DNA of 56,591 bases, taken from the NCBI GenBank assembly GCA_964633425.1, contig CAZWFX010000007.1:1-56591 (forward strand), in the 5' to 3' direction. The notes beneath the pieces were generated by a model. It searched no databases and was not told the origin of the DNA. It saw only the letters and a list, made by a program, of their open reading frames with translations. Positions 35,389 to 44,824 of this stretch are shown one piece after another; position 1 is the stretch's first letter, and every line of letters starts with the position of its first letter. Made by a program: the position numbers and the translations under genes. Source of the stretch: an uncultured Candidatus Saccharibacteria bacterium. GTDB taxonomy: Bacteria > Patescibacteriota > Minisyncoccia > Phycocordibacterales > UBA2100.

Positions 35389-35781
35389 ATGGCAACCAAG
35401 GAATACACAGAGGCAGTCGGACGACGAAAGACCGCAAGCGCGCGAGTGCGACTCACGGCTGCAAAGACGTCGTCGATGATCGTCAACGACAAGACTGCAG
35501 AGGAATACTTTCCGCTCGCGCAGATGGTAAAGACCGCATTCTCTCCGCTCTCCGCACTCGGAGCAACATTTGCGGTCACCGTAAAGGTCCACGGCGGCGG
35601 CCACAAGGCCCAGGCAGACGCGATCCGACACGGTATCTCTCGTGCAATGATCGCCATCGAGCCGACCCAGCGAAAAGACCTCAAGGTCCGAGGATTCCTC
35701 AAACGAGATCCCCGCGCCAAGGAACGAAAGAAGTTCGGTCTCAAGGGAGCACGACGATCCCCACAGTGGTCCAAACGATAA
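35389..35781 (+). CDS. rpsI: 30S ribosomal protein S9
   Basis: GRRKTASARVRL...VHGGGHKAQADAIRHGISRA...RDPRAKERKKFGLKGARRSPQWSKR. Confidence 0.95.
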   Translation: MATKEYTEAVGRRKTASARVRLTAAKTSSMIVNDKTAEEYFPLAQMVKTAFSPLSALGATFAVTVKVHGGGHKAQADAIRHGISRAMIAIEPTQRKDLKVRGFLKRDPRAKERKKFGLKGARRSPQWSKR

Positions 35782-35785
35782 AAGC

Positions 35786-35814
35786 AAAAGACTCTCCGAA
35801 AGGAGAGTCTTTTC
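35786..35814 (+). terminator. Rho-independent terminator of the ribosomal protein operon
   Basis: aaaagactctcc-gaaa-ggagagtctttt. Confidence 0.85.
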
Positions 35815-35900
35815 GTTAACATCTTCGGATCGAGAATTTCCGTTTTGACAGTGAGGCAATGCGTGGGCACACTTGCGCAAGAAACGATAGGAGGAGTGCC

Positions 35901-36500
35901 TTGAAAGAAATTTCAGTTCGGATCAGACTGACCGGCGAGGTGCCGACGCCTGCGGGCCCGCGCCCGGTAACGGACCCCGTCCATATCAGCTGCATAAGCG
36001 TTGACGGACAGGACTGGACGTGGAGCGGTCGCAATATCGGTCTCGCACGCTCAACCAGTGCAAAGACTGTCCGGGAAACGATGGACGCCCTCAAAGCTAG
36101 CTGGAGTGACGGCGGGCTCCGCCCCTTGCGCGCCGACGAATTCGCCCAACTCTATGAGTTCGCCGAGAATTGGCCGCAGGACTGGAAAGACCTGCCCGTT
36201 GGATCGCGAATCTTCATACCGGGTACTGAGTACAACCTCAGGTACGCTGACGAATCGTTTCAGCGCGTCTTTGCGACTCGCTACGACCACGAAGTGCAAG
36301 ACTGGATCATCGAATGCGAAGACACATTCATGCTGCTTAACCCGGGCGACCGATTTGCCTGCGTGCACGATGGAGACGTCGGCACCTTTGATTCGCTGCT
36401 ATTCAGGGGAATGCGGTCGTACGACAGGAGACGACTCTTCGTTGCGCATGACAGACCGCCGGCAATCAGGAATCGCTATTACCCCGGTATTGAGGTTTGA
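35901..36500 (+). CDS. Hypothetical protein (199 aa from TTG)
   Basis: AGGAGG lies 6 nt upstream of TTG 35901. Bracketed by terminators. No family recognised. Confidence 0.55.
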   Translation: MKEISVRIRLTGEVPTPAGPRPVTDPVHISCISVDGQDWTWSGRNIGLARSTSAKTVRETMDALKASWSDGGLRPLRADEFAQLYEFAENWPQDWKDLPVGSRIFIPGTEYNLRYADESFQRVFATRYDHEVQDWIIECEDTFMLLNPGDRFACVHDGDVGTFDSLLFRGMRSYDRRRLFVAHDRPPAIRNRYYPGIEV

Positions 36501-36516
36501 TTTTCGTTCGCTATGA

Positions 36517-36548
36517 AAGGCGCCGCTTCGTGAAGCGGCGCTTTTTTT
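36517..36548 (+). terminator. Rho-independent terminator
   Basis: gcgccgctt-cgtg-aagcggcgc followed by ttttttt. Confidence 0.85.
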
Positions 36549-36575
36549 GCACTGCAAATCCCACTTTGATATACT
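36547..36575 (+). promoter_or_regulatory. Sigma-70-type promoter for grpE
   Basis: TTGCAC (36547-36552), 17-nt spacer, TGaTATACT (-10 at 36570-36575), ATG 9 nt downstream. Confidence 0.6.
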
Positions 36576-36584
36576 CGCTCGGTC

Positions 36585-37154
36585 ATGAAGGAGCACGATG
36601 AATCAAACGACGCTCCCAGAGAGGAGTTCGTCGACGAAATGGATTTTGAACCCGAGGAAGAACTCGGCTCGATCGGCGCTGCCCAGGCAAAAATCAAAAA
36701 GCTTCGTACAGAGCTGAAGGCTGCACAACAAAAACGCGACGAATACTTAGCAGGATGGCAGCGTGAGAAAGCCGATGCAATCAATCTGAAGAAAGAACTC
36801 GCTCATGACGGTATACGCATGGCCGCACGAGTAAAGGAAGGAATGATCGAGGATATTCTCCCCGCGCTCGATAGCTTCGACATGGCGTATGCTTCGTCGT
36901 CTTGGGAAACAGTGGACCCGACGTGGCGCGGAGGTGTCGAAGGAATCAGAAATCAGCTACTCGACATGCTGTCGCGAAACGGCGTAGAGCGTTTCGGCAA
37001 GGCAGGAGACGTATACAGTCCGTTTTTGCACGAGGCGGTCCAAGAAGTGGACGATGTGCCGGGCGAGAGCGGGAGTATCGTTCGAGTTCTGCGCTCAGGC
37101 TACAAGGCGGGAGAAAAAGTCATACGGCCTGCGCAAGTGATCGTAAAACAATAG
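36585..37154 (+). CDS. grpE: Nucleotide exchange factor GrpE
   Basis: Coiled-coil N-terminus and GrpE core (DEYLAGWQREKADAINLKKE...ILPALDSFD...RVLRSGYK...RPAQV). Confidence 0.93.
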   Translation: MKEHDESNDAPREEFVDEMDFEPEEELGSIGAAQAKIKKLRTELKAAQQKRDEYLAGWQREKADAINLKKELAHDGIRMAARVKEGMIEDILPALDSFDMAYASSSWETVDPTWRGGVEGIRNQLLDMLSRNGVERFGKAGDVYSPFLHEAVQEVDDVPGESGSIVRVLRSGYKAGEKVIRPAQVIVKQ

Positions 37155-37165
37155 CATCAATAAAT

Positions 37166-37193
37166 TTGACCGAGTGAAAAAACATCGTATAAT
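37166..37193 (+). promoter_or_regulatory. Sigma-70-type promoter for dnaK
   Basis: TTGACC (37166-37171), 16-nt spacer, TATAAT (37188-37193). No CIRCE element seen. Confidence 0.6.
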
Positions 37194-37227
37194 ATAGGAA
37201 TCATTAGATCTTTAATCATCTACGGCT

Positions 37228-39084
37228 ATGGCAAAAATTCTAGGTATTGATTTGGGAACAACAAATTCGGCGATCGCCTATGTGAGCGGCGGCGAGCCGA
37301 AGATCATAGAAAACTCCGAGGGGGCGCGCACGACACCGTCGATAGTGGCCCTTTCAAAGACCGGCGAGCGCATCGTTGGCCAGATCGCAAAACGACAAGC
37401 AGTAACGAACCCCAAGAACACGATCTACCAGATCAAGCGATTCATCGGTCACACGTACGACGAAGCGGCAGTCCAGAAGGATAAGGGGGCTGTTCCGTTT
37501 GAGATCCGTAAATCAGACAACGGCGGTATCGAAGTACAGATGGGTGATAAATGGTATCGACCGGAGGAAATTTCGGCGATGATCCTCCAAAAGCTGAAGG
37601 CAGACGCAGAGGCGCGCCTCGGAGAGACGATCACCGAAGCGGTTATCACGGTTCCCGCGTACTTCAACGATACGCAGCGCGCCGCTACGCGCGATGCGGG
37701 AAAGATTGCCGGTCTCGATGTAAAGCGAATCATTAATGAGCCGACCGCGGCAGCGCTCGCATACGGATTCAACAAGAAAAAGGATGAAAAAATCGTCGTG
37801 TTCGACTTTGGCGGCGGCACATTCGACATCTCAGTTTTGGAAGTCGGTGACGACGTCATCGAAGTCCGATCAACAGACGGCGACGCACACTTGGGAGGCA
37901 AAGATATCGACCAGAAGATCATGCATTGGATCGCCGATGAGTTCAAAAAAGACTCAGGCGTTGACGTGATCAAGGATCCGCTTGCGCGTCAGCGACTCGA
38001 CGAAGCGGCAGAAAAGGCAAAGATCGAGCTTTCGACAGCGATGGAAACCGAGATCAATATCCCGTTCATCACATCGACGGACGCAGGCCCGCAACACCTC
38101 CTCATCAAGATGAGCCGCGCCAAGCTCGAGGAGCTTACGCAGGAATACATTGACCGCGCGCTTTCTATTACGAAGCGTGCCGTGGAAGCATCACCGTTTA
38201 AGGTCGCCGACATCAACGAGGTTGTGCTTGTAGGCGGACAGACCCGCATGCCCGCAATGCAGAAGGCCGTCGAAGAGTTCTTCGGTAAAAAGCCCCACAT
38301 GGGAGTGAATCCCGACGAAGTCGTTGCGCTCGGAGCCGCGCTTCAGGGCGGCATTATGCAGGGTGACGTAAAAGACGTCCTGCTGCTCGATGTGATTCCG
38401 CTTTCACTCGGTATCGAGACCATGGGCGGCATCGCGACCAAGCTCATCGAACGCAACACTACTATTCCGACATCGCGATCCCAAGTGTTTTCGACTGCTT
38501 CCGACAATCAGCCGTCGGTGGAGATTCACGTGGTGCAGGGTGAGCGATCTATGGCGGCTGACAACAAATCTCTCGGCAAGTTCAATCTCGACGGGATACC
38601 GCCGGCACCTCGCGGCATGCCGCAGGTGGAGGTTACATTCGACATCGATGCAAACGGCATACTTTCGGTTAAGGCAAAGGACAAAACGACCGGTAAAGAG
38701 CAGTCCATCCGTATCGAAGCCGCGTCCGGTCTTACCGATGCAGAGATCGAAAAGATGCGATCTGAGGCTGATGCCAATGCCTCGGCCGACGCCGAGAAGC
38801 GTGCTGTTGTTGAGGCGCAGAATATCGCAGATCAAACGGTATACGCTGCCGAAAAAGCGCTCCGGGAACACGGAGACAAGGCGGGTGACGCAGTGAAGAA
38901 GGATATTCAGGAAAAGATCGATGCACTAAAGGCTGCCCGCAACGGATCCGACAAGGAGGCGATAGCAAGCGCGACTCAGGCACTCAATCAGGCGATGAGT
39001 GCTATAGGCGAAGCAATGCAAAAAGCCCAGGAATCGGCGTCGAAGCCCGAGGGCGACACACCTGCGGACGGTGAGACAAAGTAA
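37228..39084 (+). CDS. dnaK: Molecular chaperone DnaK (Hsp70)
   Basis: [28 protein letters not shown] and a full-length Hsp70 signature. Confidence 0.98.
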   Translation: MAKILGIDLGTTNSAIAYVSGGEPKIIENSEGARTTPSIVALSKTGERIVGQIAKRQAVTNPKNTIYQIKRFIGHTYDEAAVQKDKGAVPFEIRKSDNGGIEVQMGDKWYRPEEISAMILQKLKADAEARLGETITEAVITVPAYFNDTQRAATRDAGKIAGLDVKRIINEPTAAALAYGFNKKKDEKIVVFDFGGGTFDISVLEVGDDVIEVRSTDGDAHLGGKDIDQKIMHWIADEFKKDSGVDVIKDPLARQRLDEAAEKAKIELSTAMETEINIPFITSTDAGPQHLLIKMSRAKLEELTQEYIDRALSITKRAVEASPFKVADINEVVLVGGQTRMPAMQKAVEEFFGKKPHMGVNPDEVVALGAALQGGIMQGDVKDVLLLDVIPLSLGIETMGGIATKLIERNTTIPTSRSQVFSTASDNQPSVEIHVVQGERSMAADNKSLGKFNLDGIPPAPRGMPQVEVTFDIDANGILSVKAKDKTTGKEQSIRIEAASGLTDAEIEKMRSEADANASADAEKRAVVEAQNIADQTVYAAEKALREHGDKAGDAVKKDIQEKIDALKAARNGSDKEAIASATQALNQAMSAIGEAMQKAQESASKPEGDTPADGETK

Positions 39085-39087
39085 ACA

Positions 39088-40155
39088 ATGAAGGATTATT
39101 ACGAAATTCTCGGCGTCAGCCGCACAGCGAGCGACGACGAGATCAAATCGGCATTCCGTAAACTTGCGCAAAAATACCATCCTGACAAAAAAGGTGGTGA
39201 CGAAGCAAAGTTTAAGGAGGCGAGCGAAGCGTACGGCGTACTCGGCGACAAAAAGAAGCGCGCCGAGTACGACACGTACGGGAAAACGTTTGCCGGCGGC
39301 CAGGGTGGCGGCTTCGGCGGTTTTGATTTCTCGAACTTTCAGGGCTTTCAAGGAGGATTCAACGGCCAGAATGTCGAATTCGATCTTGGTGATATCTTCG
39401 GCGAGTTCTTCGGGGGAGGCGGTGCCCGACAGACGCGGGGGCGCGATATCTCAATCGACATCGAGCTCTCATTCCACGAATCAATCTTCGGTACTGACCG
39501 TCGCGTCCTTATCTCGAAGACCGGCGTGTGCGAAACGTGCACCGGCACAGGCGCGGAAAAGGGAAGCGCGATGGTCTCGTGCAGTGCCTGTAACGGAAAG
39601 GGCGAAATCCGCGAGACACGTAATTCGTTCTTCGGCACGTTTACCTCGTCCCGCACGTGTCCCAAGTGTCACGGCAAGGGCCAGATCCCTGAGAAGCAGT
39701 GCAAAACATGTCAGGGTGCCGGCGTTGCGAAGAAGCAGGAGGAAATCCATATAGTCGTACCTGCCGGCGTTTCCGACGGAGAAATGATACGCATGCCGGG
39801 TCGCGGCGAGGTCGCGATCGGTGGCGGTGCCGGAGATCTGTACGTCAAACTGCACGTAAAGTCCGATGCCGCATTCACTCGCGAAGGTAATAACCTTGTA
39901 CGAACACTACAGGTGAAACTCACCGATGCGCTCTTGGGAGCCACGTATCATGTGCGTGGTGTTGAGGGCGATCTTCCTCTTGAAGTTCCGGCAGGGGTTG
40001 TGCACGGCGACATGCTGAAAATTAAAGGACAGGGCGTGCCGTACGGACGAAACAACCGCGGCGATCTTTTGGTCAAGGTTGATATTCAGTTCCCGAAGAA
40101 ACTGTCGAAGGAACAACGCGCGCTGATCGACAAGTTGCGCACAGAGGGTCTCTAA
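39088..40155 (+). CDS. dnaJ: Molecular chaperone DnaJ
   Basis: J domain with HPD (KYHPDK), G/F region and four CxxCxG zinc motifs. Confidence 0.97.
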   Translation: MKDYYEILGVSRTASDDEIKSAFRKLAQKYHPDKKGGDEAKFKEASEAYGVLGDKKKRAEYDTYGKTFAGGQGGGFGGFDFSNFQGFQGGFNGQNVEFDLGDIFGEFFGGGGARQTRGRDISIDIELSFHESIFGTDRRVLISKTGVCETCTGTGAEKGSAMVSCSACNGKGEIRETRNSFFGTFTSSRTCPKCHGKGQIPEKQCKTCQGAGVAKKQEEIHIVVPAGVSDGEMIRMPGRGEVAIGGGAGDLYVKLHVKSDAAFTREGNNLVRTLQVKLTDALLGATYHVRGVEGDLPLEVPAGVVHGDMLKIKGQGVPYGRNNRGDLLVKVDIQFPKKLSKEQRALIDKLRTEGL

Positions 40156-40185
40156 AACTGATTCACCGCACCGTATAATACGGCG

Positions 40186-40671
40186 ATGGATATTGGTGCC
40201 GTTCAAAGCATTTTCACAACGCTCCCCGTTGATCTTGTGGCATCGGTTTTGTTTGCGACGTTCATCACGATCGCGACATTGCGACTTGGCGCGAGTTTTG
40301 CGATTGCGTTATCGCTTTCACTTATCATTTCGGGAACGCTCTTTGCAGCTCTGCCGGGCACCTTTATGATCGGGCCCGCACTCTCCGGCATCGGCCCAAT
40401 GGCCGCCGCAGGAATCTACAGCGCGATCGTCGTTCTACTTACATTCATCCTGTATCGGGCAACATCAACGCTTTCGGATGATTCGGCGCGACCCATGTTT
40501 GCAATAGCCACAGGTTTGGCGACGACCATTATCGTGCTTGTCATGTGGCACGCTACTCCGCTTGCAAGCTTTTGGACATTCAATCCGCTCATCCAAAGCG
40601 TTTTCGGTGATCCGTATCGCTTGTTCTGGCTACTGCTCGCGTTTATATCCTTTGCGTTCGTTAAAAGCTGA
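40186..40671 (+). CDS. Integral membrane protein (161 aa, about 5 TM)
   Basis: Hydrophobic ORF. TATAAT lies 6 nt upstream of the ATG and a terminator follows. Confidence 0.65.
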   Translation: MDIGAVQSIFTTLPVDLVASVLFATFITIATLRLGASFAIALSLSLIISGTLFAALPGTFMIGPALSGIGPMAAAGIYSAIVVLLTFILYRATSTLSDDSARPMFAIATGLATTIIVLVMWHATPLASFWTFNPLIQSVFGDPYRLFWLLLAFISFAFVKS

Positions 40672-40680
40672 TACATAACG

Positions 40681-40706
40681 AAAGACCCGTCGCAACGGGT
40701 CTTTTT
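40681..40706. terminator. Rho-independent terminator
   Basis: aaagacccgt-cgca-acgggtcttttt. Confidence 0.8.
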
Positions 40707-40813
40707 CACCATTTCGTATCATCCGGTATGTTCATGTAGCGCTTGAGTATCGCTCTCCGTAGACGCCACATCAGGCGATCAACCATCATCCGTAGGGCAT
40801 TGTAGTGAGTCAT
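40706..40813 (-). CDS. Possible small basic protein (35 aa)
   Basis: GGAGGT SD lies 5 nt upstream of ATG 40813. Sequence MTHYNALRMMVDRLMWRLRRAILKRYMNIPDDTKW. No other support. Confidence 0.3.
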   Translation of the reverse strand: MTHYNALRMMVDRLMWRLRRAILKRYMNIPDDTKW

Positions 40814-40923
40814 GGCTACCTCCAAGGACATAGTAGCCGAAAAGGTACCAAGAAACCCATACGGGACGGCTGAGGGCCGGTTATCCACAGATTGTCTTGA
40901 CAGTTCCCATTTTTGTATTGCTG

Positions 40924-40932
40924 TGCTAGTAT
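40924..40932 (+). promoter_or_regulatory. Extended -10 promoter (TGcTAGTAT) for the micropeptide / KAS III-like operon
   Basis: TG 40924-40925, TAGTAT 40927-40932, about 35 nt upstream of the SD-equipped small ORF. Confidence 0.45.
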
Positions 40933-40967
40933 CAGCCTAGGCTCATTGTCAGTAAGGAGGAATACCC

Positions 40968-41075
40968 ATGGCTTCAATGATGCCGAAAGGCGTCCTGATG
41001 TCGCTGTTTGTCATTGCGATGATGGGCGCTCTCAACGTTCACTACCGCGTCAAAGCGGCTTTCAAGCCGCGATAG
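40968..41075 (+). CDS. Hydrophobic micropeptide (35 aa, one TM helix)
   Basis: Perfect AAGGAGG lies 7 nt upstream of the ATG. Sequence MASMMPKGVLMSLFVIAMMGALNVHYRVKAAFKPR. Absent from the ORF track because of its size. Confidence 0.5.
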   Translation: MASMMPKGVLMSLFVIAMMGALNVHYRVKAAFKPR

Positions 41076-41113
41076 TGCGGCACAACTGATCAAGTACAGT
41101 ACAGGAGGTTCAT

Positions 41114-42145
41114 ATGGCTGCACGGATCGGAATCGCAGGTACCGGCAGTCACATGCCGTCCACTGTTATTTCCAACGACGAACTCGCGAAGCTGATCGGT
41201 AAGGGAGAACGCGGACCCGACTGGGCTCTGAACAAGCTGGGAATCAGGGAGCGACGCTTCATGACCCGTCTTGACGAGCACGGCCGGCCCGTAGCCCACG
41301 CCGATGAGCTCGACATGGCCGAATCTGCCGCACGGGAAGCCATCACCAACGCCGGTCTTGTGCCGCGCGATGTCGATGGCATCTATCTCGTGTCGTGCAC
41401 GCAGTTCGGTCACGACCGCCATCACTTCTCGAAGAGCGTGCTCGAGCTTCACAAGCGTCTCAATCTCCGGAGCGATGTTCTCGCAATGGAAATGGACGCA
41501 GGGTGCGGCGGTGCGCTTCACGCGATGGTTCTCGGCACTAAGATGATCGCCGGCAACGGAATGGACAACATGGTCGTTGTCGCATCGAACGCCCCGTCCC
41601 GCTACTACGGCGACTGGGAGTCCTATGTGGTCAGCAATCAATGGTTGCCCATGTATATCTTCGGCGACGGAGCAGGCGCTGCGGTTCTCCGCAAAAGCGG
41701 CAACATCTTCTCGGGCTCCGAGTTGATCGCGTCGTACATCGCCAACGATCCGACGAACCCGCTGATGTACTTCGAGCCCCGTGGCAACCGCCCGGAGCCC
41801 CTGTATGTCATCGACGGACGTGGCGTTGCGGTGGGCTTCAGCAAGTACGCCAAGGCTGCGCTCGATGGCCTGAAATCCAAACACTCTTTCGAGTGGTCGG
41901 ATATCAGCCGTTTCTACTTTCACCAGGTGAACGGCAAGGTTCTCGAGAAGTTCGTTGACAGTCAGGGGATTCCCCGAGACAAGGTTGCAATGCATGTCGA
42001 CCGATACGGCAACATCGCCGCCGCTGCAACGCTCGTTTTGATGGATGAAGACCGCAAAAGCGGCGATCTGTCGGAAGGCGACCTGTGTGTGTTCTGCACC
42101 GTCGGTGCAGGCGCACAGTACGGTGCAGCGCTCGTTCGCATGTAA
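41114..42145 (+). CDS. 3-oxoacyl-ACP synthase III (FabH/KAS III)-like condensing enzyme
   Basis: AGGAGG SD. Cys-His-Asn triad context: MDAGCGGALHA (Cys131), FYFHQVNG, DRYGNIAAAA. Confidence 0.85.
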   Translation: MAARIGIAGTGSHMPSTVISNDELAKLIGKGERGPDWALNKLGIRERRFMTRLDEHGRPVAHADELDMAESAAREAITNAGLVPRDVDGIYLVSCTQFGHDRHHFSKSVLELHKRLNLRSDVLAMEMDAGCGGALHAMVLGTKMIAGNGMDNMVVVASNAPSRYYGDWESYVVSNQWLPMYIFGDGAGAAVLRKSGNIFSGSELIASYIANDPTNPLMYFEPRGNRPEPLYVIDGRGVAVGFSKYAKAALDGLKSKHSFEWSDISRFYFHQVNGKVLEKFVDSQGIPRDKVAMHVDRYGNIAAAATLVLMDEDRKSGDLSEGDLCVFCTVGAGAQYGAALVRM

Positions 42146-42168
42146 GCTGGTTCGTTCAGCACAACTAC

Positions 42169-42213
42169 AGACCCTCCGTGACTGCTATAATGCAGGCACG
42201 GGGGTCTTTTTTT
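42169..42213 (+). terminator. Terminator-like hairpin after the KAS III-like gene
   Basis: agaccctccgtg / cacgggggtct stem with a 16-nt loop, followed by ttttttt. Confidence 0.55.
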
Positions 42214-42215
42214 AT

Positions 42216-43787
42216 ATGTTTTTTCAAATACCCGACGTTCTCTTGATGGTTACGGCCGTGGTCAACATCGGTTTGACTTGGTTCATTTATAATCGCAACA
42301 CCGCGACGACAGCGAATAAGATTTTCTCCGCATTTGTCGCGTTTATCGCTTTTTGGGCCATCGATATTCTTCTGTTCCGACTTATCTCGGGTGATACGGC
42401 TTCGTATTATCTTATGAAGCTGTCATATATTTCAGCGCTGTTGCTCGCATATTTTTACTACCGCTTTTCGCTCCTGTTCCCGAGGGAAGAGAAGCTCGGT
42501 TCTATTCACTATTCACTAGTGACCGGCTTCACCGTTGTGCTCGCTCTATACCTATTGGTGCCGGGGGTGCTTACCACCGGTATCGTTACCCATGAGTGGG
42601 GAAAAGAAATATTGCTGGAGCCCGTCGCATACTGGATTTTCGCGGCCACATTCGCAACATTCTTTCTGGGCGGAACGCTGCGGTTGTTTCTCAAAATCCC
42701 GTACGCAGTCGGAAAAGAACGCATGCAACTTTGGATCATCAGCAGTTCCGTTATTGCAGCGGGCAGCTTTGGCATGTATTTCAATCTAGTGCTGCCGTCG
42801 CCGATATTTCACAACTTCCAATATATCTGGAGCGGTCCGGTGTTTACGTTCTTTTTTGCGATCGTTATCACGTACTCAATATTCCGCTTCAGTCTGTTCA
42901 ATCCGAGAGCAATCTTAGCTGAAGCGCTTGTATATCTGCTCCTTACGTTCTTGTTCGTACGGCTCGTGCTGACGGGTAATTACACGGACCTCGCGATCAA
43001 CGGGACGCTCTTAATTGTGGTCGCGATCATCGGGAGTCTACTCATCCGTAGCGTAACGAAAGAGGTCGAGCAGCGCGAAGAAATCGAGCGACTTTCGCAG
43101 GAAAAGTCGGAATTCATGACGTTTGCTTCGCACGAGATCAGAAACCCGATCACGGCTATGCGCGGGCTCGCATCACTTATCGTGGACGGTACGACAGGTC
43201 CGGTTCCTCCCGATACGCGGGATGCTGCCCAAAAGATCCTCGTTGCGGGCCACGATGTGCTCAACATCATTGCCACGTATCTCAGTAAGTCAAAAATGGA
43301 GCTCGGACAGATTTCGTACGACAAAGCAGTGTTCGATCTCGGCGAAGCCACCGCATCCATTGCAGACGGCTACGTTCCTCATGCCGAAGTGAAGGGCCTC
43401 ACGTTTTCCATCGTGATCGACCGCTCGCATAAATACTCGGTACTCGGCGATCAGGGAAAGATCAAAGAGGTAATTGGAAACATGATCGACAATTCATTGA
43501 AATATACGAAGCAGGGAGGGATCACGGTTGCTGTGGAACGACATGGACCGTTCGTCCGGTCAGTCATAACCGATACGGGCGTCGGCATCCCAAAAGAAAC
43601 CATACCGCAGCTGTTCAAGAAGTTTTCGCGAGCCGATGCGCAAAAAGTGAACCTGCTCGGTACCGGCATCGGTTTGTACCTGGCAAAGACGTTCATCGAA
43701 GCACAGGGCGGACGAATTTGGGCCGAGTCTGACGGAGAAAACAAGGGATCGCGATTCATTATCGAGTTTCCGGCGGCCCAGCCCTAG
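42216..43787 (+). CDS. Sensor histidine kinase with polytopic (about 7 TM) N-terminal domain; no adjacent response regulator
   Basis: H box FMTFASHEIRNPITAMRG, N box NMIDNSLKYT, G1 DTGVGIP, G2 GTGIGLYLAK. Confidence 0.9.
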   Translation: MFFQIPDVLLMVTAVVNIGLTWFIYNRNTATTANKIFSAFVAFIAFWAIDILLFRLISGDTASYYLMKLSYISALLLAYFYYRFSLLFPREEKLGSIHYSLVTGFTVVLALYLLVPGVLTTGIVTHEWGKEILLEPVAYWIFAATFATFFLGGTLRLFLKIPYAVGKERMQLWIISSSVIAAGSFGMYFNLVLPSPIFHNFQYIWSGPVFTFFFAIVITYSIFRFSLFNPRAILAEALVYLLLTFLFVRLVLTGNYTDLAINGTLLIVVAIIGSLLIRSVTKEVEQREEIERLSQEKSEFMTFASHEIRNPITAMRGLASLIVDGTTGPVPPDTRDAAQKILVAGHDVLNIIATYLSKSKMELGQISYDKAVFDLGEATASIADGYVPHAEVKGLTFSIVIDRSHKYSVLGDQGKIKEVIGNMIDNSLKYTKQGGITVAVERHGPFVRSVITDTGVGIPKETIPQLFKKFSRADAQKVNLLGTGIGLYLAKTFIEAQGGRIWAESDGENKGSRFIIEFPAAQP

Positions 43788-43836
43788 AATCGGATATTGG
43801 CTTAATACAAGCCGTTTTTCTGCTATATTTGTGTCT

Positions 43837-44814
43837 ATGGCGCGACTTTTGACGGGGCTTCAGCCCTCAGGAAACCTGCATATTGGCAATTATCTCGGTG
43901 CGCTTCGCCCGATGGTAGAGCTGTCCAGAAGCGGGGAATACGAACACATTTTCCTTATGGTGGTCGACTACCATGCGCTTACCACGCTCAAAAATCCCAA
44001 GGAACTGAAGCAAAACATCATAGACGTCGTTGCAGACTACGTCGCTGCGGGCATAGACCCGAACAAGGTCATTATTTTCAAACAGTCAGATGTGCCGCAG
44101 CATACTGAACTCGCGTGGATTTTCAGCTGCCAGATGAACATGTCGTTTCTTGAGCTTGGACACGCATACAAAGACAAGGTCGCAAAGGGACTCGATGCAA
44201 ACGTCGGTCTGTTCACGTATCCGCTCCTGATGGCGGCCGACATTCTTCTCTACGATGCAACCGACATTCCTGTCGGCGAGGATCAGCGGCAGCATATTGA
44301 ATACACCCGTGAGATCGCGGCGAAATTCAACATTAATTACCCGGGTCGGTCCCGCATATTCAACGAGGCCGTCAAAGAGCGTATTTTTGAGGGGACCGGG
44401 ATTGTTCCCGGTGTCGATGGTGCAAAAATGAGCAAGAGCTACGGCAATACGATCCCGCTCTTTGCGAGTGACGCAGAGATTAAGCAGGCCGCCATGACCA
44501 TCAAGACGGGGTCTGAGCCGCTGGGCTCGCCGCTGCCTGTCGACGATACGGTGCTGAAACTGATGGCGTTCTTCGACAAAACAGGTGCAGATTCGCTGGC
44601 GGCGCGCTACCGTGCCGGAACTGTCGGGTACAAAGAGGCAAAAGAGCTCCTCGCGCACGCGATTATAAATGGCACGCACGATATGCGTGTCAGGCGTCGC
44701 GACATCACGACCGAGCAGGTAGAGGCGATACTTATGGACGGAAAAACGAAGGCTCGCGCGTTTGCCCGAAAGAAGATGGAGCTTGTGCGTCGCCGAATAG
44801 GTGTAGAAGTATAA
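43837..44814 (+). CDS. trpS: Tryptophan--tRNA ligase
   Basis: HIGH-type GNLHIGNYLG, KMSKS (AKMSKS), TrpRS-length protein. Confidence 0.93.
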   Translation: MARLLTGLQPSGNLHIGNYLGALRPMVELSRSGEYEHIFLMVVDYHALTTLKNPKELKQNIIDVVADYVAAGIDPNKVIIFKQSDVPQHTELAWIFSCQMNMSFLELGHAYKDKVAKGLDANVGLFTYPLLMAADILLYDATDIPVGEDQRQHIEYTREIAAKFNINYPGRSRIFNEAVKERIFEGTGIVPGVDGAKMSKSYGNTIPLFASDAEIKQAAMTIKTGSEPLGSPLPVDDTVLKLMAFFDKTGADSLAARYRAGTVGYKEAKELLAHAIINGTHDMRVRRRDITTEQVEAILMDGKTKARAFARKKMELVRRRIGVEV

Positions 44815-44824
44815 ATAATCATAT

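Noticed and set aside
36500-37227. Searched for the CIRCE element (TTAGCACTC-N9-GAGTGCTAA) upstream of grpE and dnaK.
   Set aside because: No match was found. Both genes have plain sigma-70-like promoters, and no hrcA gene is in the window.
40881-40889. Perfect DnaA box TTATCCACA in the 400-nt region between the dnaJ-side genes and the KAS III-like operon, checked as a possible oriC.
   Set aside because: It is a single consensus box with no cluster of boxes, no AT-rich unwinding element and no dnaA or dnaN nearby. It may at most be a regulatory site.
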